Source: Alphaproteobacteria bacterium
GTDB taxonomy: Bacteria > Pseudomonadota > Alphaproteobacteria > SHVV01
Reading direction: 5' to 3'
Assembly: GCA_965261735.1 (NCBI GenBank)
Contig: OZ253470.1
Coordinates: forward strand, 4,967,632-5,031,631
DNA: 64,000 nucleotides
Shown: positions 10,481 to 22,563 of the stretch, one piece after another
Position numbering within the stretch: position 1 is the first letter of the stretch
Layout of the letters: each line of letters begins with the position of its first letter
Translations under genes and position numbers: made by a program
The notes under the pieces: generated by a model
What the model saw: the letters and a program-made list of their open reading frames with translations, nothing else
What the model was told of the DNA's origin: nothing
The model's database searches: none

Positions 10481-11629
10481 ATGACATCCCTTCACGCTTC
10501 TGCTGGGCCGGCGCCCGGCCAGGGTCTCGATGAAGTCCGCGCGCCCTTGGATCGGGCGCGACATGCGCCCGGCTACTATTACGGCTCGCCCGAAATCTTC
10601 AGGCTCGAGAAGGAGAGGGTCTTCCTCAAGGACTGGCTCTATGTCGCCCGCGAGGAAGAGGTCGAGAACCCGGGCGACTACCTCGCCTTTCGCATCATGG
10701 GCGAGCCCGTCCTCGTCGTTCGGGATCAGGAGGGCGCGCTCAATGCCTTCGCCAATGTCTGCCTCCACCGCGGTGTCGAGGTGGCCCACGGTCAGGGCAC
10801 GGCGAAGCAGTTCAGCTGCCCCTACCACGGCTGGCGCTATGGCCTCGATGGCCGCCTCGCCGGCGCCTCGTTCATGGAGCACGCCGAGGGCTTCGATCCC
10901 GAGAACTGCCGTCTGGCCCCGCTCAGGATCGGTGTCTGGGCGCGCAACGTTTTCATCTCTTTCGATCCGGAGGTGCTGCCCCTGGCCGATTTCGTCGCGC
11001 CCTGGGAGCACGACTTCGGGTTCCTGCGGCAGGAAGACTGCCGGCTCGGCAACAAGGTCGTGGTCGAGCTCGACTGTAACTGGAAGTTCGCCAGCGAGAA
11101 CCTGATGGACTTCTATCATGTCGGCGTTTTGCACGTGAATACCTTCGGCGCCAAGTTCGCGGTCACCGACGACGACGTGACGACGAAGGAAAAAGGCGGG
11201 CTCAGCATCTTCTACAAGGCCGCCGCTCCGGTGCCGGGCGGCCAATCCCTGTTCGGTAAGATGCCGTGGCTCTCCGATCAGCTCGACAGCTTCGCGTGCA
11301 CCGGCTACCTAGCGCCCAACCTCCACATCTTCGGCCGCATCGATTGCGTCCGCCCGATCGTCATCTGGCCGCTATCGCCCGACAGCTGCCGCATGATGTG
11401 CTACCACCTGTTTCCGAAGGAGCTCCTCGCACGGGCGGACTTCGCCGAGAAGAGCAAGGTCTATCACGACTATCAGGTGGAGGTGCTCGAGGAGGACCGG
11501 TCGATGATCCAGTCGATGCAGCACGCCACGGGCGCATCGACCTTCCGTCCCGGCGCGCTATCGACGCTGGAGCGCCCCATCCACAACGCCGTCAATTATC
11601 ACCTCGAGCGCCTCTTCGCCGAATCATAG
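10481..11629 (+). CDS. Rieske oxygenase alpha subunit (choline monooxygenase/GbcA-like)
   Basis: CLHRG...CPYHGW; NWKFASENLMDFYHVGVLH. Confidence 0.85.
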   Translation: MTSLHASAGPAPGQGLDEVRAPLDRARHAPGYYYGSPEIFRLEKERVFLKDWLYVAREEEVENPGDYLAFRIMGEPVLVVRDQEGALNAFANVCLHRGVEVAHGQGTAKQFSCPYHGWRYGLDGRLAGASFMEHAEGFDPENCRLAPLRIGVWARNVFISFDPEVLPLADFVAPWEHDFGFLRQEDCRLGNKVVVELDCNWKFASENLMDFYHVGVLHVNTFGAKFAVTDDDVTTKEKGGLSIFYKAAAPVPGGQSLFGKMPWLSDQLDSFACTGYLAPNLHIFGRIDCVRPIVIWPLSPDSCRMMCYHLFPKELLARADFAEKSKVYHDYQVEVLEEDRSMIQSMQHATGASTFRPGALSTLERPIHNAVNYHLERLFAES

Positions 11630-11720
11630 AAAAGCGCCGGTACCCTGTGGGGCACCGGCGCCAATCGTCACAAAGCGTCACTCGGTCGATCGGGCCGCAG
11701 GTCGCGGCCCCTGTAGCGGC

Positions 11721-12869
11721 TTACGGCCAGGGAATGAGTATGCCGTTGTCGCTCACCTGTACCATCACCGGCTTATCTCGCGTGATATCGCCAGCGTTGT
11801 TCCAGCTTACGACCCCGCTGATCGTCTCCATGTTCCTGACCCCGAGGAACGCATTCTTGAGGTCCTCGCGTGACAGCGACTTCGCCTCGTTGAGCACCTT
11901 GGCGAGGACGAGAATGGCGTCATACGTCGCGGTAACGTAGGCGTCCGGTGCCTCGTTCGGCTTGTTCATCGCCGTCTGCCACTTCTTGATCCAGTTCTGC
12001 ACCTGGGGCCGGGGGTCGGTGGCCGCGTACGTCGAATAGCCGACGGCACCCTTGCCGGTGCCCTCCGACAGCTTCCAGAAATCTTCGCCGACCACGGTCG
12101 AGCTGCCGTCGACGATCTGTGTTTTCATACCGCGGTCGCGCAGTTGCCTCACGATCTTGCCGCCATCGCCCGGCTGATGGCTGATGACGACGATATCGGG
12201 GTTGGCCTGCCGGATCGCCGCGACCTGGGAGGCGAAGTTGGTCTCGTTCATCCTCGACGACTGCTCGGTGAGGATCTCGAAGCCCTTTTCCTGCAGGATC
12301 CTTTTGGCGATCCTCATGTTGAAAAGCGAGAACTCGTCATCGATCGAGTACGAGATGGCCACCGTCTTGGCGCCGAAAACCTCCTTCACCTTCGAGTACA
12401 TCGCCGGTAGCACCTTTTCCGGCATCGGCAGGTAGCGGAAGAAGATGTTGCCGAAATCGGGGAAGGTCCATGCCGCGCCCGAAGTCGGCGCGAACACCAA
12501 CATTGGACAGGTCTTGTTGGCGTCGTAGATCGAGAACAGCATCTTCGATGAGCTGTTGAACAGCAGCAGCGGGTGGTCCTGGTTGCGACACAGGAGCCGA
12601 TACTCAGAGATCCACTTCGCGGTGTCGGGTGAGTGAACGTCGACCTTGAAGAACTCGAGCTTCTTGCCCCTGACGCCGCCGGCCGTGTTCACGTCCGCGG
12701 TAGCGGTCACGACGCCGCCGTTGAACAACCGCTCCCCGAAGTCGACGAAGGGGCCGCTCAGGCTGCCCGCGTAGGGAATACGGATGGTATCTTCGGCCGC
12801 ATTGGCCGACGGGCCGAACGGCAGCAGCGCCGCCATCGTGACCGCCAGCCCCGCAAACAACTTCCTCAT
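11721..12869 (-). CDS. Orphan LivJ-type periplasmic binding protein
   Basis: Signal peptide; GGVRGKKLEF, NFASQVAAIRQANPD and YDAILVLA motifs. Confidence 0.85.
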   Translation of the reverse strand: MRKLFAGLAVTMAALLPFGPSANAAEDTIRIPYAGSLSGPFVDFGERLFNGGVVTATADVNTAGGVRGKKLEFFKVDVHSPDTAKWISEYRLLCRNQDHPLLLFNSSSKMLFSIYDANKTCPMLVFAPTSGAAWTFPDFGNIFFRYLPMPEKVLPAMYSKVKEVFGAKTVAISYSIDDEFSLFNMRIAKRILQEKGFEILTEQSSRMNETNFASQVAAIRQANPDIVVISHQPGDGGKIVRQLRDRGMKTQIVDGSSTVVGEDFWKLSEGTGKGAVGYSTYAATDPRPQVQNWIKKWQTAMNKPNEAPDAYVTATYDAILVLAKVLNEAKSLSREDLKNAFLGVRNMETISGVVSWNNAGDITRDKPVMVQVSDNGILIPWP

Positions 12870-13033
12870 GACCAAGCCTCCCTCTTTTCGGTCCTAGTCG
12901 AACGCCGGTGAGCGACATACTAACGACAAATGCCCGCCCCCGGGCAAGCCCCGAGCGCGGATCAGGCCGGCGACATCACGCAAACGGGCCGTCCCTCCAC
13001 TATTGGAGCGACGCGACTCCGCCGCCCTCCGGG

Positions 13034-13636
13034 TCAGGATCGGAAGCGAGTCGCCAGCCGCCACGAGAGGGGCAACAGGGCTACCCCTAATGCCACCTTC
13101 AACGCGTCGCCAAGAAGAAATGGCGTGACGCCGAACTCGATGGCCTTGGCGAAGCCAATCATAATGGACAGCCAGGCCACGCCGAGCACGTAGATGACCA
13201 CGTTTCCGGCCACCATCGCCGCCGCGGTCGACAGCGGCCGGCGGTCCCAGCCGCGCTCGGCCAGGTATCCGACCGTGACCGCCGCGGCGACAAATCCAAC
13301 AAGATAGCCGCCGGTCGGGCCGGCCATGTAGGCGAGCCCGATGCCGCGCTCCGGCGTGCCCGCGAATACCGGCAGGCCGACCGCGCCCTCGGCGAGGTAA
13401 AGGAGCAGCGTGGCGGCGCCGAGGCGCCATCCGTAGGCCATCCCGAGCGCCAAGACGACCAAGGTCTGCATAGTCATCGGCACCGGCCGGAACGGCACCT
13501 GAACCTTCGCCGATACGGTCAGCAGCAGGGTGCCGAGCAAGGCCAGCACCACGAACCTCAGCGTTCGACCGCCCAAGCGCGAGGGCCACAACGCGGCGGC
13601 TAGCGTCGGCGCGTTCGCGCTATCGGAAACCGTCAT
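13034..13636 (-). CDS. bioY: Biotin transporter BioY
   Basis: PVPMTMQTL, YLAEGAVGLPVFA, GPTGGYLVGF. Confidence 0.92.
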   Translation of the reverse strand: MTVSDSANAPTLAAALWPSRLGGRTLRFVVLALLGTLLLTVSAKVQVPFRPVPMTMQTLVVLALGMAYGWRLGAATLLLYLAEGAVGLPVFAGTPERGIGLAYMAGPTGGYLVGFVAAAVTVGYLAERGWDRRPLSTAAAMVAGNVVIYVLGVAWLSIMIGFAKAIEFGVTPFLLGDALKVALGVALLPLSWRLATRFRS

Positions 13637-13732
13637 GTCAAGATTTTCCCGAATGAATGTCGGCTGATGTGAGCGGGCGCGCATCTTGGCAGAAGCCCGC
13701 GCCCGAGTCCACGCGCCCCCAAACTAAGAAAG

Positions 13733-13810
13733 TGGGGCGAGTGACGGGTCTTGAACCCGCGACCTCCAGATCCACAATCTGGCGCTCTAACCAGCTGAGC
13801 TACACCCGCC
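13733..13810 (-). tRNA. tRNA-His (GTG) with G-1 and encoded CCA
   Basis: ggcgggtgtagctcagctggttagagcgccagattGTGgatctggaggtcgcgggttcaagacccgtcactcgccCCA folds as a cloverleaf. Confidence 0.97.
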
Positions 13811-13917
13811 ATCTGGGGCGCCACCTCTAGCGCCTACGCGGCGGCGCCGTCAAGCCGGGAGCAGGTGGCGCCCTCGTTGCCTTTGCCGCGCCTCATTCAT
13901 AGTGGCATAAGGGTGCG

Positions 13918-15084
13918 ATGCAGACGAGCCGGCGGATGGCGCGCCTTGGTACCGAGAGCGCGTTCGAGATTCTAGCGCGTGCCGAGGCGCTCTCGGCGCA
14001 GGGCCGTGACATTATCAATCTCGGCATCGGCCAGCCCGACTTCCCGACGCCCGAGCACATCGTCGAGGCGGGCCGCAAGGCGCTCGCCGACGGCCACCAC
14101 GGCTACACGCCCGCCGCCGGCATCCTGCCTCTGCGCGAGGGGGTCGCCGCCGACATCAGCGGGCGCCGGGGGGTTGCCGTCGACCCCGACAACATCGTCA
14201 TCGTGCCCGGCGCCAAGGTGACCATGTTCTTCGCCATCATGATGTTCGGCGAACCGGGGGCGGAGATCATGTACCCCGATCCGGGCTTCCCGATCTACGA
14301 ATCGGTCATCCGCTTTTCGGGCGCGACGCCGGTGCCGATCCAGCTCCACGAGAGCAACGATTTCTCCTTCAGCGCCGAGGAGGTGCTCGCTCAGATTACG
14401 CCGTCAACCCGGCTAATCATTGTCAACAGCCCCGCCAACCCAACGGGCGGCGCAGTGCCGCGCGATGAGATCGAGCGCCTCGTGGACGGTCTCGCCGGCT
14501 ACCCTGGCGTCGCCATCCTCAGCGACGAGATCTACTCACGCATCCTCTATGACGACCGCGAGCACGTGAGCATGCTGGCCTTCGAATCGATCCGCGACCG
14601 CCTGATTATCCTTGACGGCTGGTCGAAGACCTACGCCATGACCGGGTGGCGTGTCGGCTACGGCGTCTGGCCCGACAGCATCGTCGAACTCGCCAAACGC
14701 TTCGCCATCAATGACCACAGTTGCGTCAACGCGGCTTCGCAATACGCGGCGATCGCCGCCCTCGACGGGCCGCAGGACTGCGTCGAGGACATGGTGCGAG
14801 CCTTCGACGAGCGCCGCGAAGTCATCGTGGCGGCGCTCAACGCCCTTCCCGGCGTGCGCTGCGTACGGCCCGTCGGCGCCTTCTACGCCTTCGCCAACAT
14901 CACGGCCACGCGCTACACCTCGCGCGAGCTCGAGACGCGGCTGCTCGAGGAGGCTGGCGTCGCCACGGTCTCAGGCACCAGCTTCGGCAGCCGCGGCGAA
15001 GGCTATTTGCGCTTCTCCTACGCCAACAGCGTCCCGCGCATTCGCGAAGCCATGGACCGCATTCGCACCAGCCTCGGCAACTAA
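13918..15084 (+). CDS. PLP-dependent class I/II aminotransferase
   Basis: NLGIGQPDF, NSPANPTG, SDEIY, SKTYAMTGWRVG. Confidence 0.92.
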   Translation: MQTSRRMARLGTESAFEILARAEALSAQGRDIINLGIGQPDFPTPEHIVEAGRKALADGHHGYTPAAGILPLREGVAADISGRRGVAVDPDNIVIVPGAKVTMFFAIMMFGEPGAEIMYPDPGFPIYESVIRFSGATPVPIQLHESNDFSFSAEEVLAQITPSTRLIIVNSPANPTGGAVPRDEIERLVDGLAGYPGVAILSDEIYSRILYDDREHVSMLAFESIRDRLIILDGWSKTYAMTGWRVGYGVWPDSIVELAKRFAINDHSCVNAASQYAAIAALDGPQDCVEDMVRAFDERREVIVAALNALPGVRCVRPVGAFYAFANITATRYTSRELETRLLEEAGVATVSGTSFGSRGEGYLRFSYANSVPRIREAMDRIRTSLGN

Positions 15085-15101
15085 CGTCGCAACTCGCGTG
15101 C

Positions 15102-15128
15102 GGTAGGGGTTTCAAACCCGCCTCTACC
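15102..15128. repeat. REP-like palindrome (GTAG family), similar copy at about 48171-48196
   Basis: ggtaggggtttcaaacccgcctctacc just downstream of a stop codon; related gagggcggggctcaaacccgcgctac between xth and the next gene. Confidence 0.45.
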
Positions 15129-15139
15129 AGTCACACGCC

Positions 15140-15176
15140 TGCCCAAAACTTAGGCAAAGTGCCACAGCTTTGTGCA
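15140..15176. promoter_or_regulatory. Two tandem NtrC-type binding sites
   Basis: TGC-N11-GCA at 15140-15156 (tgcccaaaacttaggca) and 15160-15176 (tgccacagctttgtgca), about 80-110 bp upstream of a sigma54 promoter. Confidence 0.7.
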
Positions 15177-15181
15177 GGTGA

Positions 15182-15658
<477 letters not shown>

Positions 15659-15737
15659 ACCTGGCCTGCCGGAAGTCCCCTGCGGGAACAGGCTAGAGTT
15701 TGGATTACCACCAGTTTTGGAAGAGGGAGCACATTCC

Positions 15738-17168
15738 ATGTCACTCGGTTGCAAGACGCCCGAAGACGTCACCCGCGCGATCAAGGAGCACGACATCAAG
15801 ATCGTCGACGTTCGCTTCACCGATCTGCCCGGCACCTGGCAGCACTTCTCGGTGCCCGTGAGCACCATCGACGCCGATACGTTCAGCGAGGGCATCGGTT
15901 TCGACGGCTCGTCGATCCGCGGCTTTCAGATGATCCACGAGAGCGACATGCTCGTGATTCCCGACCCGACGACCGCGCTCCTCGACCCCTTCACGGCGGT
16001 GCCGACCCTCGTCCTCATATGCAACATTCGCGATCCCATCACTGGCGAGTCCTACTCGCGCGACCCGCGCTACATCGCGCAGAAGGCCGAGACCTACTTA
16101 CAGAGCACCGGCCTGGCGGATGTGAGCTATTGGGGGCCCGAGGCCGAGTTCTTCGTGTTCGACGACGTTCGCTACAGCCAGGGCACGAACTTCGCCTTCT
16201 ACCAGGTCGATTCGTCGGAGGGGAGCTGGAACTCGGGCAAGGAGGAGGAGCCCAACCTCGCCCACAAGCCGCGCCCCAAGGAGGGCTATTTCCCGGTTCC
16301 CCCGACCGATAGCCAGCAGGACCTGCGCACCGAAATGGTGCTGCTGATGGAAGAGGCGGGTATCGAGGTCGAGGCCCACCACCACGAGGTCGCGACCGGC
16401 GGCCAGGCCGAGATCGACGTTCGCTTCGACAGGCTGACGCGCATGGCCGACAAGCTGATGATCTACAAGTACATCGTCAAGAACGTCGCCAACTCCTACG
16501 GCAAGACCGCGACCTTCATGCCAAAGCCGCTATTCGAGGACAATGGCAGCGGCATGCACACCCACCAGAGCCTGTGGAAGGGCGAAACCAACCTGTTCTA
16601 CAGCGAGGCCCACTACGCCGGCCTGAGCGAGGCGGCGCGTCACTACATCGGCGGCCTGCTGCGCCACGCGCCGGCGCTGCTCGCCTTCTGTGCGCCGACG
16701 GTGAACTCCTACCGCCGCCTGGTGCCCGGGTTCGAGGCGCCGATCAACCTCGTCTACTCGCAGCGCAACCGCTCGGCCTGCTGCCGCATTCCGATGTACT
16801 CGCCGAGCCCGCGCGCTAAACGCATCGAGTTCCGCTCGCCCGACCCCTCGTGCAACGGCTATCTCGCCTTCGCCGCCATGCTGATGGCGGGACTGGACGG
16901 GATAGAGAACCGCATCGACCCGGGCGATCCTATCGACAAGGACCTTTACGACCTGCCGCCCGAGGAGGCGGCCCAAGTGAAGTCGACGCCGGCCTCGCTC
17001 GACGAGGCGCTGGATGCACTCGAGGCCGACCACGCCTTCCTGCTCAAGGGCGACGTGTTTACGCCCGACGTGATCGAGATGTGGCTCGACTACAAGCGCA
17101 AGAACGAGATCGATCCTCTAAGGCTGCGCCCACACCCCTACGAGTTCTTCCTCTACTACGACATGTAG
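15738..17168 (+). CDS. glnA: Glutamine synthetase type I
   Basis: [30 protein letters not shown], adenylylation motif [11 protein letters not shown]. Confidence 0.97.
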   Translation: MSLGCKTPEDVTRAIKEHDIKIVDVRFTDLPGTWQHFSVPVSTIDADTFSEGIGFDGSSIRGFQMIHESDMLVIPDPTTALLDPFTAVPTLVLICNIRDPITGESYSRDPRYIAQKAETYLQSTGLADVSYWGPEAEFFVFDDVRYSQGTNFAFYQVDSSEGSWNSGKEEEPNLAHKPRPKEGYFPVPPTDSQQDLRTEMVLLMEEAGIEVEAHHHEVATGGQAEIDVRFDRLTRMADKLMIYKYIVKNVANSYGKTATFMPKPLFEDNGSGMHTHQSLWKGETNLFYSEAHYAGLSEAARHYIGGLLRHAPALLAFCAPTVNSYRRLVPGFEAPINLVYSQRNRSACCRIPMYSPSPRAKRIEFRSPDPSCNGYLAFAAMLMAGLDGIENRIDPGDPIDKDLYDLPPEEAAQVKSTPASLDEALDALEADHAFLLKGDVFTPDVIEMWLDYKRKNEIDPLRLRPHPYEFFLYYDM

Positions 17169-17183
17169 GGGGTGGCAGGGCTC

Positions 17184-17576
17184 TCACGCGTCCACCGCGC
17201 GCGGCTGCCCTGCGGCGTCGAGGGCGACGAAGACGAAGGTGCCCTCGGTCACGGTGACCTCCTCGGGACCCGTGCGCCGGTGTGCGGTGGCGGTCATGTG
17301 CACGCTGATCGAGGTGCGGCCGACCTTGACCACCTCGGCGAAGATGCTGACGAGGTCGCCGACAAAGATCGGGCGGTGGAATGCCATCGCATCGATCGCC
17401 ACCGTCGCCACGCGCCCGCCCGCCCGCTGTAGCGCCACGGCGCCGCCCGCGATGTCCATCTGCGACAGGATCCAGCCACCGAAGATGTCGCCGCTGGCAT
17501 TGGCGTCGGCCGGCATCGGCACCGTGCGGATGGCGGGCTCGCCGCGCTTGATCGGGCTCTCAGGGCGCTTGGCCAT
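17184..17576 (-). CDS. Acyl-CoA thioesterase (YciA-like hotdog fold)
   Basis: MPADANASGDIFGGWILSQMDIAG, VGRTSI. Confidence 0.9.
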   Translation of the reverse strand: MAKRPESPIKRGEPAIRTVPMPADANASGDIFGGWILSQMDIAGGAVALQRAGGRVATVAIDAMAFHRPIFVGDLVSIFAEVVKVGRTSISVHMTATAHRRTGPEEVTVTEGTFVFVALDAAGQPRAVDA

Positions 17577-17670
17577 ATCATTGCACTATATCTTGTTGAG
17601 CGAGCTTCGCAGTATACCCTATAGTGAATCCTGGCACCTTTATTTCGCTACCTCCGATCCCATGTAGGCA

Positions 17671-19638
17671 ATGATGGCGAAGCGGTCCGAGCAACTGGCG
17701 TTTGCGGCGGTCGACTATACGGCCGACGACATTGAGGTCCTCGAGGGCCTCGAGCCGGTGCGTCGCCGGCCCGGGATGTATATCGGCGCCACCGACGAGT
17801 ACGGGCTCCACCAGCTCGCCGCCGAGGTCCTCGACAACGCAATGGACGAGGCCGTCAACGGCTTCGCCAGCCGCATCGAGGTCGAGCTCGCGGCCGACGG
17901 ATGGCTCACGGTGCGCGACAACGGCCGCGGTATCCCCATCGATCCGCACCCAAAATACCGCGACAAGTCGGCGCTCGAGGTCATCCTGACGACGCTCCAC
18001 TCGGGCGGCAAGTTCGGCGGCAAGGCCTACCACACCGCGGGTGGCCTGCACGGCGTCGGCCTCTCGGTGGTGAACGCGCTCTCGGACGCGCTGAGCGTCG
18101 AGGTCGCGCGCGACGGCAAGGTATGGCAGCAGAGCTACAGCCGCGGTACCGCCCAGGACGAGCTCGCCGCGCGGGCACAGCGCAACCGCCGCGGCACCAC
18201 CATCGCCTTCCACCCCGATCCCGATATATTCGGCGCGGCGGCGCAGTTCCGACCGGCGCGGCTCTATCGCATGGCGCGTTCCAAGGCCTATCTCTTCAAG
18301 GGAGTCGAGATTCGCTGGCGTTGCGCACCCGAGTTGCTCCAGGGCGAGGACGAGGCGCCCGCGGAAGACACGCTGCATTTTCCGGGGGGGCTCGTCGACT
18401 TCCTGGCGGCGAGCTTGGCCGACCGCCCGACGCTCACGCGTGCGCCCTTTTCGGGTCGCGCCGACCTGCCGCGCGGGCGCGGCCACGTCGAATGGGCGGC
18501 CGCCTGGCCCGAAGACGGCGAGGGTACGCTTACCTCCTATTGCAACACGGTGCCGACGCCCGACGGCGGCGGCCATGAAACCGGCCTCAGGGCGGCGCTG
18601 ACCAAGGGCCTCAAATCGTACGGCGACTTTGCCGGTAATCGGCGGGCTCAAATCGTTGGCGCCGAGGACCTGGTCGGCGGCGCCACGATCGTCCTTTCGT
18701 TGTTCCTGCGCGATCCGCAATTCCACGGCCAGACCAAGCAGCGGCTCGGTAACGCCGACGCCGCGCGCCTCGTCGAAGGTGCCCTTCGCGATCATTTCGA
18801 GCACTGGCTGAGCGGTGACCCGGAGAGCGCCAACACCCTGCTCGCGCACATGATCGAACGGGCCGAGGAAAGGGCGCGCCGGCGCGATCAAAAGGAGTTC
18901 GCGCGCAGAACGATTGCGCGCAGCCACCGCCTCCCCAGCAAGCTCACCGACTGCAGCGAGACGTCCGCCGAGGGCACTGAGCTGTTCATCGTCGAGGGCG
19001 ACTCGGCGGGCGGGTCGGCCAAGCAGGCGCGCGATCGCCGCACCCAGGCGGTGTTGCCCCTGCGCGGAAAGATACTCAACGTCGCCAGCGCCGCCCAGGC
19101 CCGCTTCAGCGGCAACCAGGAGCTCAGAGACCTTGTGCAAGCGCTGGGCTGCGGTGTCGGCGAACGCTACCGCGAGCAGGACCTGCGCTATGGCCGGGTC
19201 ATCATCATGACCGACGCCGACGTCGACGGCGCCCATATCGCTGCCCTGCTAATGACCTTCTTCTACCGCGAGATGCCGGAACTGATCCGCAATAATCACC
19301 TCCATCTCGCGCAACCGCCGCTGTATAGGCTGACGCAGGGGCCGAAATCCGCTTACGCGCGCGACGAGGCGCATAAAGGAGCGCTGCTGGGCTCGACGTT
19401 CGGTGGCTCGGGCAAGGTGGAGATCAGCCGCTTCAAGGGGCTCGGCGAAATGCCGGCGAGCCAGCTCCGCGAGACGACGATGAGCCCGGCGAGCCGCACC
19501 CTGCTGCGGGTCGTGGTGCCCGAAGGGGCGGCACAGCAGACGGCCGGACGCGTCGAAGCGCTGATGGGGCGCAAGGCCGAGCTGCGGCTCGCCTTCATCC
19601 AGGAAAACGCGAGCCGCTTCGTCGACCTCGACATATGA
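17671..19638 (+). CDS. parE: DNA topoisomerase IV subunit B
   Basis: LEGLEPVRRRPGMYIG, LHSGGKF, VEGDSAGGSAKQARDR, MTDADVDGAHI, RFKGLGEM. Confidence 0.95.
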   Translation: MMAKRSEQLAFAAVDYTADDIEVLEGLEPVRRRPGMYIGATDEYGLHQLAAEVLDNAMDEAVNGFASRIEVELAADGWLTVRDNGRGIPIDPHPKYRDKSALEVILTTLHSGGKFGGKAYHTAGGLHGVGLSVVNALSDALSVEVARDGKVWQQSYSRGTAQDELAARAQRNRRGTTIAFHPDPDIFGAAAQFRPARLYRMARSKAYLFKGVEIRWRCAPELLQGEDEAPAEDTLHFPGGLVDFLAASLADRPTLTRAPFSGRADLPRGRGHVEWAAAWPEDGEGTLTSYCNTVPTPDGGGHETGLRAALTKGLKSYGDFAGNRRAQIVGAEDLVGGATIVLSLFLRDPQFHGQTKQRLGNADAARLVEGALRDHFEHWLSGDPESANTLLAHMIERAEERARRRDQKEFARRTIARSHRLPSKLTDCSETSAEGTELFIVEGDSAGGSAKQARDRRTQAVLPLRGKILNVASAAQARFSGNQELRDLVQALGCGVGERYREQDLRYGRVIIMTDADVDGAHIAALLMTFFYREMPELIRNNHLHLAQPPLYRLTQGPKSAYARDEAHKGALLGSTFGGSGKVEISRFKGLGEMPASQLRETTMSPASRTLLRVVVPEGAAQQTAGRVEALMGRKAELRLAFIQENASRFVDLDI

Positions 19639-19745
19639 GGCGGCGCCCGGCCGATCACGGGATCATCAAGATCAACGTGACCGGGGCCGTGCGCGCCACT
19701 TTCACCGTTGTCCGCCTACCGCGGCAGGCCCATCATTGAGCCAAC

Positions 19746-20325
19746 ATGGCAACGATCGACGCTGTTGCGCGCGCCATCGGCGGGCGAGCCAAGATCGCCG
19801 CTCTCTGCCTGGCCGCCGGGCTCGGCGCCTGCGCGGAGACAGGTGCCGTCAGCTACGGCACAATCACGTCTCTCTACAGCACCGGCATGGTGGGCTACGC
19901 CACGCGAGACGGGAACTTCCGCGTCGCGGTTCTCGGCAACCCGTTTAACGTACCCCAGGCGCAAACGAACGCCGCCGTCAAATCGGCGCTCCGGCCCCCT
20001 TTCTTCGTAGGTTCGGTGAACGTGAGGGTGCTCGATCCGGCGGCCGCGACGGGCGATTCAAGGCTCGTCCTGACGTTCAACGCCAAGCCCGGAGTTGCCC
20101 CCAAGGCGTGCGAGCTCGATCGCGTTGATGCGGCGGCGGGACGCGCCGAGATCCGCATCGACGCCGCCTTCTGTGCCGGCACCCGCCTGGTCTCGCGCGC
20201 CTACCTACGCGCGTGGGCCCGCCCTCGGCGGCCCCGACGACCCACGTCTTGCGTCCCTGCTCGACGGGCTCATCGACGTGGTATTCCCCCATGTCAACTA
20301 CAGGAGCCGCCGGGGCCAGCAGTAG
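19746..20325 (+). pseudogene. Putative lipoprotein, frameshifted near 20205-20215 in a (CG)n run
   Basis: Lipobox GLGAC; GNPF..RLVLTFN..C..AAFC; the C-terminus continues in another frame as RGPALGGPDDPRLASLLDGLIDVVFP. Confidence 0.65.
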
Positions 20326-20434
20326 CTGCAGGATCCGGCACGGAGAGCCGCCACTTCTATCCTGGCCTGGAAATACCCATATTCGGGTTATGGGCCAAGG
20401 GAACGCCGGCTCGATGCGGGCCGGAACGCGGATA

Positions 20435-21000
20435 ATGAGATACGGAACGCTCCTCGCGCTGGCCGTCGCGCTGGCCGCTTGCAGTACCGGCATTCGGACC
20501 AGCTCGCTGCCCAAACAAAGCGCCCTCTACTCTCCTGAGGAAGTGACCTACGCCACCAGAGACGGGCATCTTGCGACCGTCATTCACGGCAACCCGTTCG
20601 ACATTCCCAAGGCCGCCTCGGACGACGCGGTGATCGCCAGCTTGAGGCTGCCCGGCGGGTTTCCGGACACCGAGTTCATTCCCCGACCACCGCAAAGAAA
20701 GCCGACCGGGCACCGCCTTGTTCTGGTTTTCAACCCCGTGCCGCCGGGGGCCCCTACGGCGGCAATGCCTGCCGCGATCTCAGCAACGTACCGGTGGCCG
20801 CCGACAAGACACAGACCCGGCTCACCGCCGCTTTCTGCGTGAGCGACCGCATGGCATCGGAAATCCGCTCCTGGGGTCCGCCCATGGAACCCGGCGGCCC
20901 TGTGTTCCGCCAGTTCATGGACCAAACCCTGGCGTCGCTGTTGCCGCAACGGAATATCCACGATCAGCCGGAGTGCCCGCAGTTCCTGCCTAACTGCTGA
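20435..21000 (+). pseudogene. Paralogous putative lipoprotein, frameshifted near 20750 in a G5C4 run
   Basis: Lipobox LAAC; YATRDG..GNPF..RLVLVFNP, then shifted frame PYGGNACRDL..TAAFCVSD..PVFRQFMDQTLASLLP. Confidence 0.65.
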
Positions 21001-21141
21001 CGCCCTGCCCTGGGCACGATCGAGGGGCGCCGGCCACCGCGTCTTCGTTGACATGGGCCACCGCCTAAAGTATTCGGACACGAGGAGGGGTCGCCGCAGG
21101 CGCCCCGTGTCCCGCCGCTAGGTCGTGGTCCAACCGTTTTC

Positions 21142-22563
<1,422 letters not shown>

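Noticed and set aside
17578-19236. Long antisense ORFs (also 49391-50962, 44176-45366, 25053-26519)
   Set aside because: Shadows of high-GC coding genes on the opposite strand; no recognisable motifs
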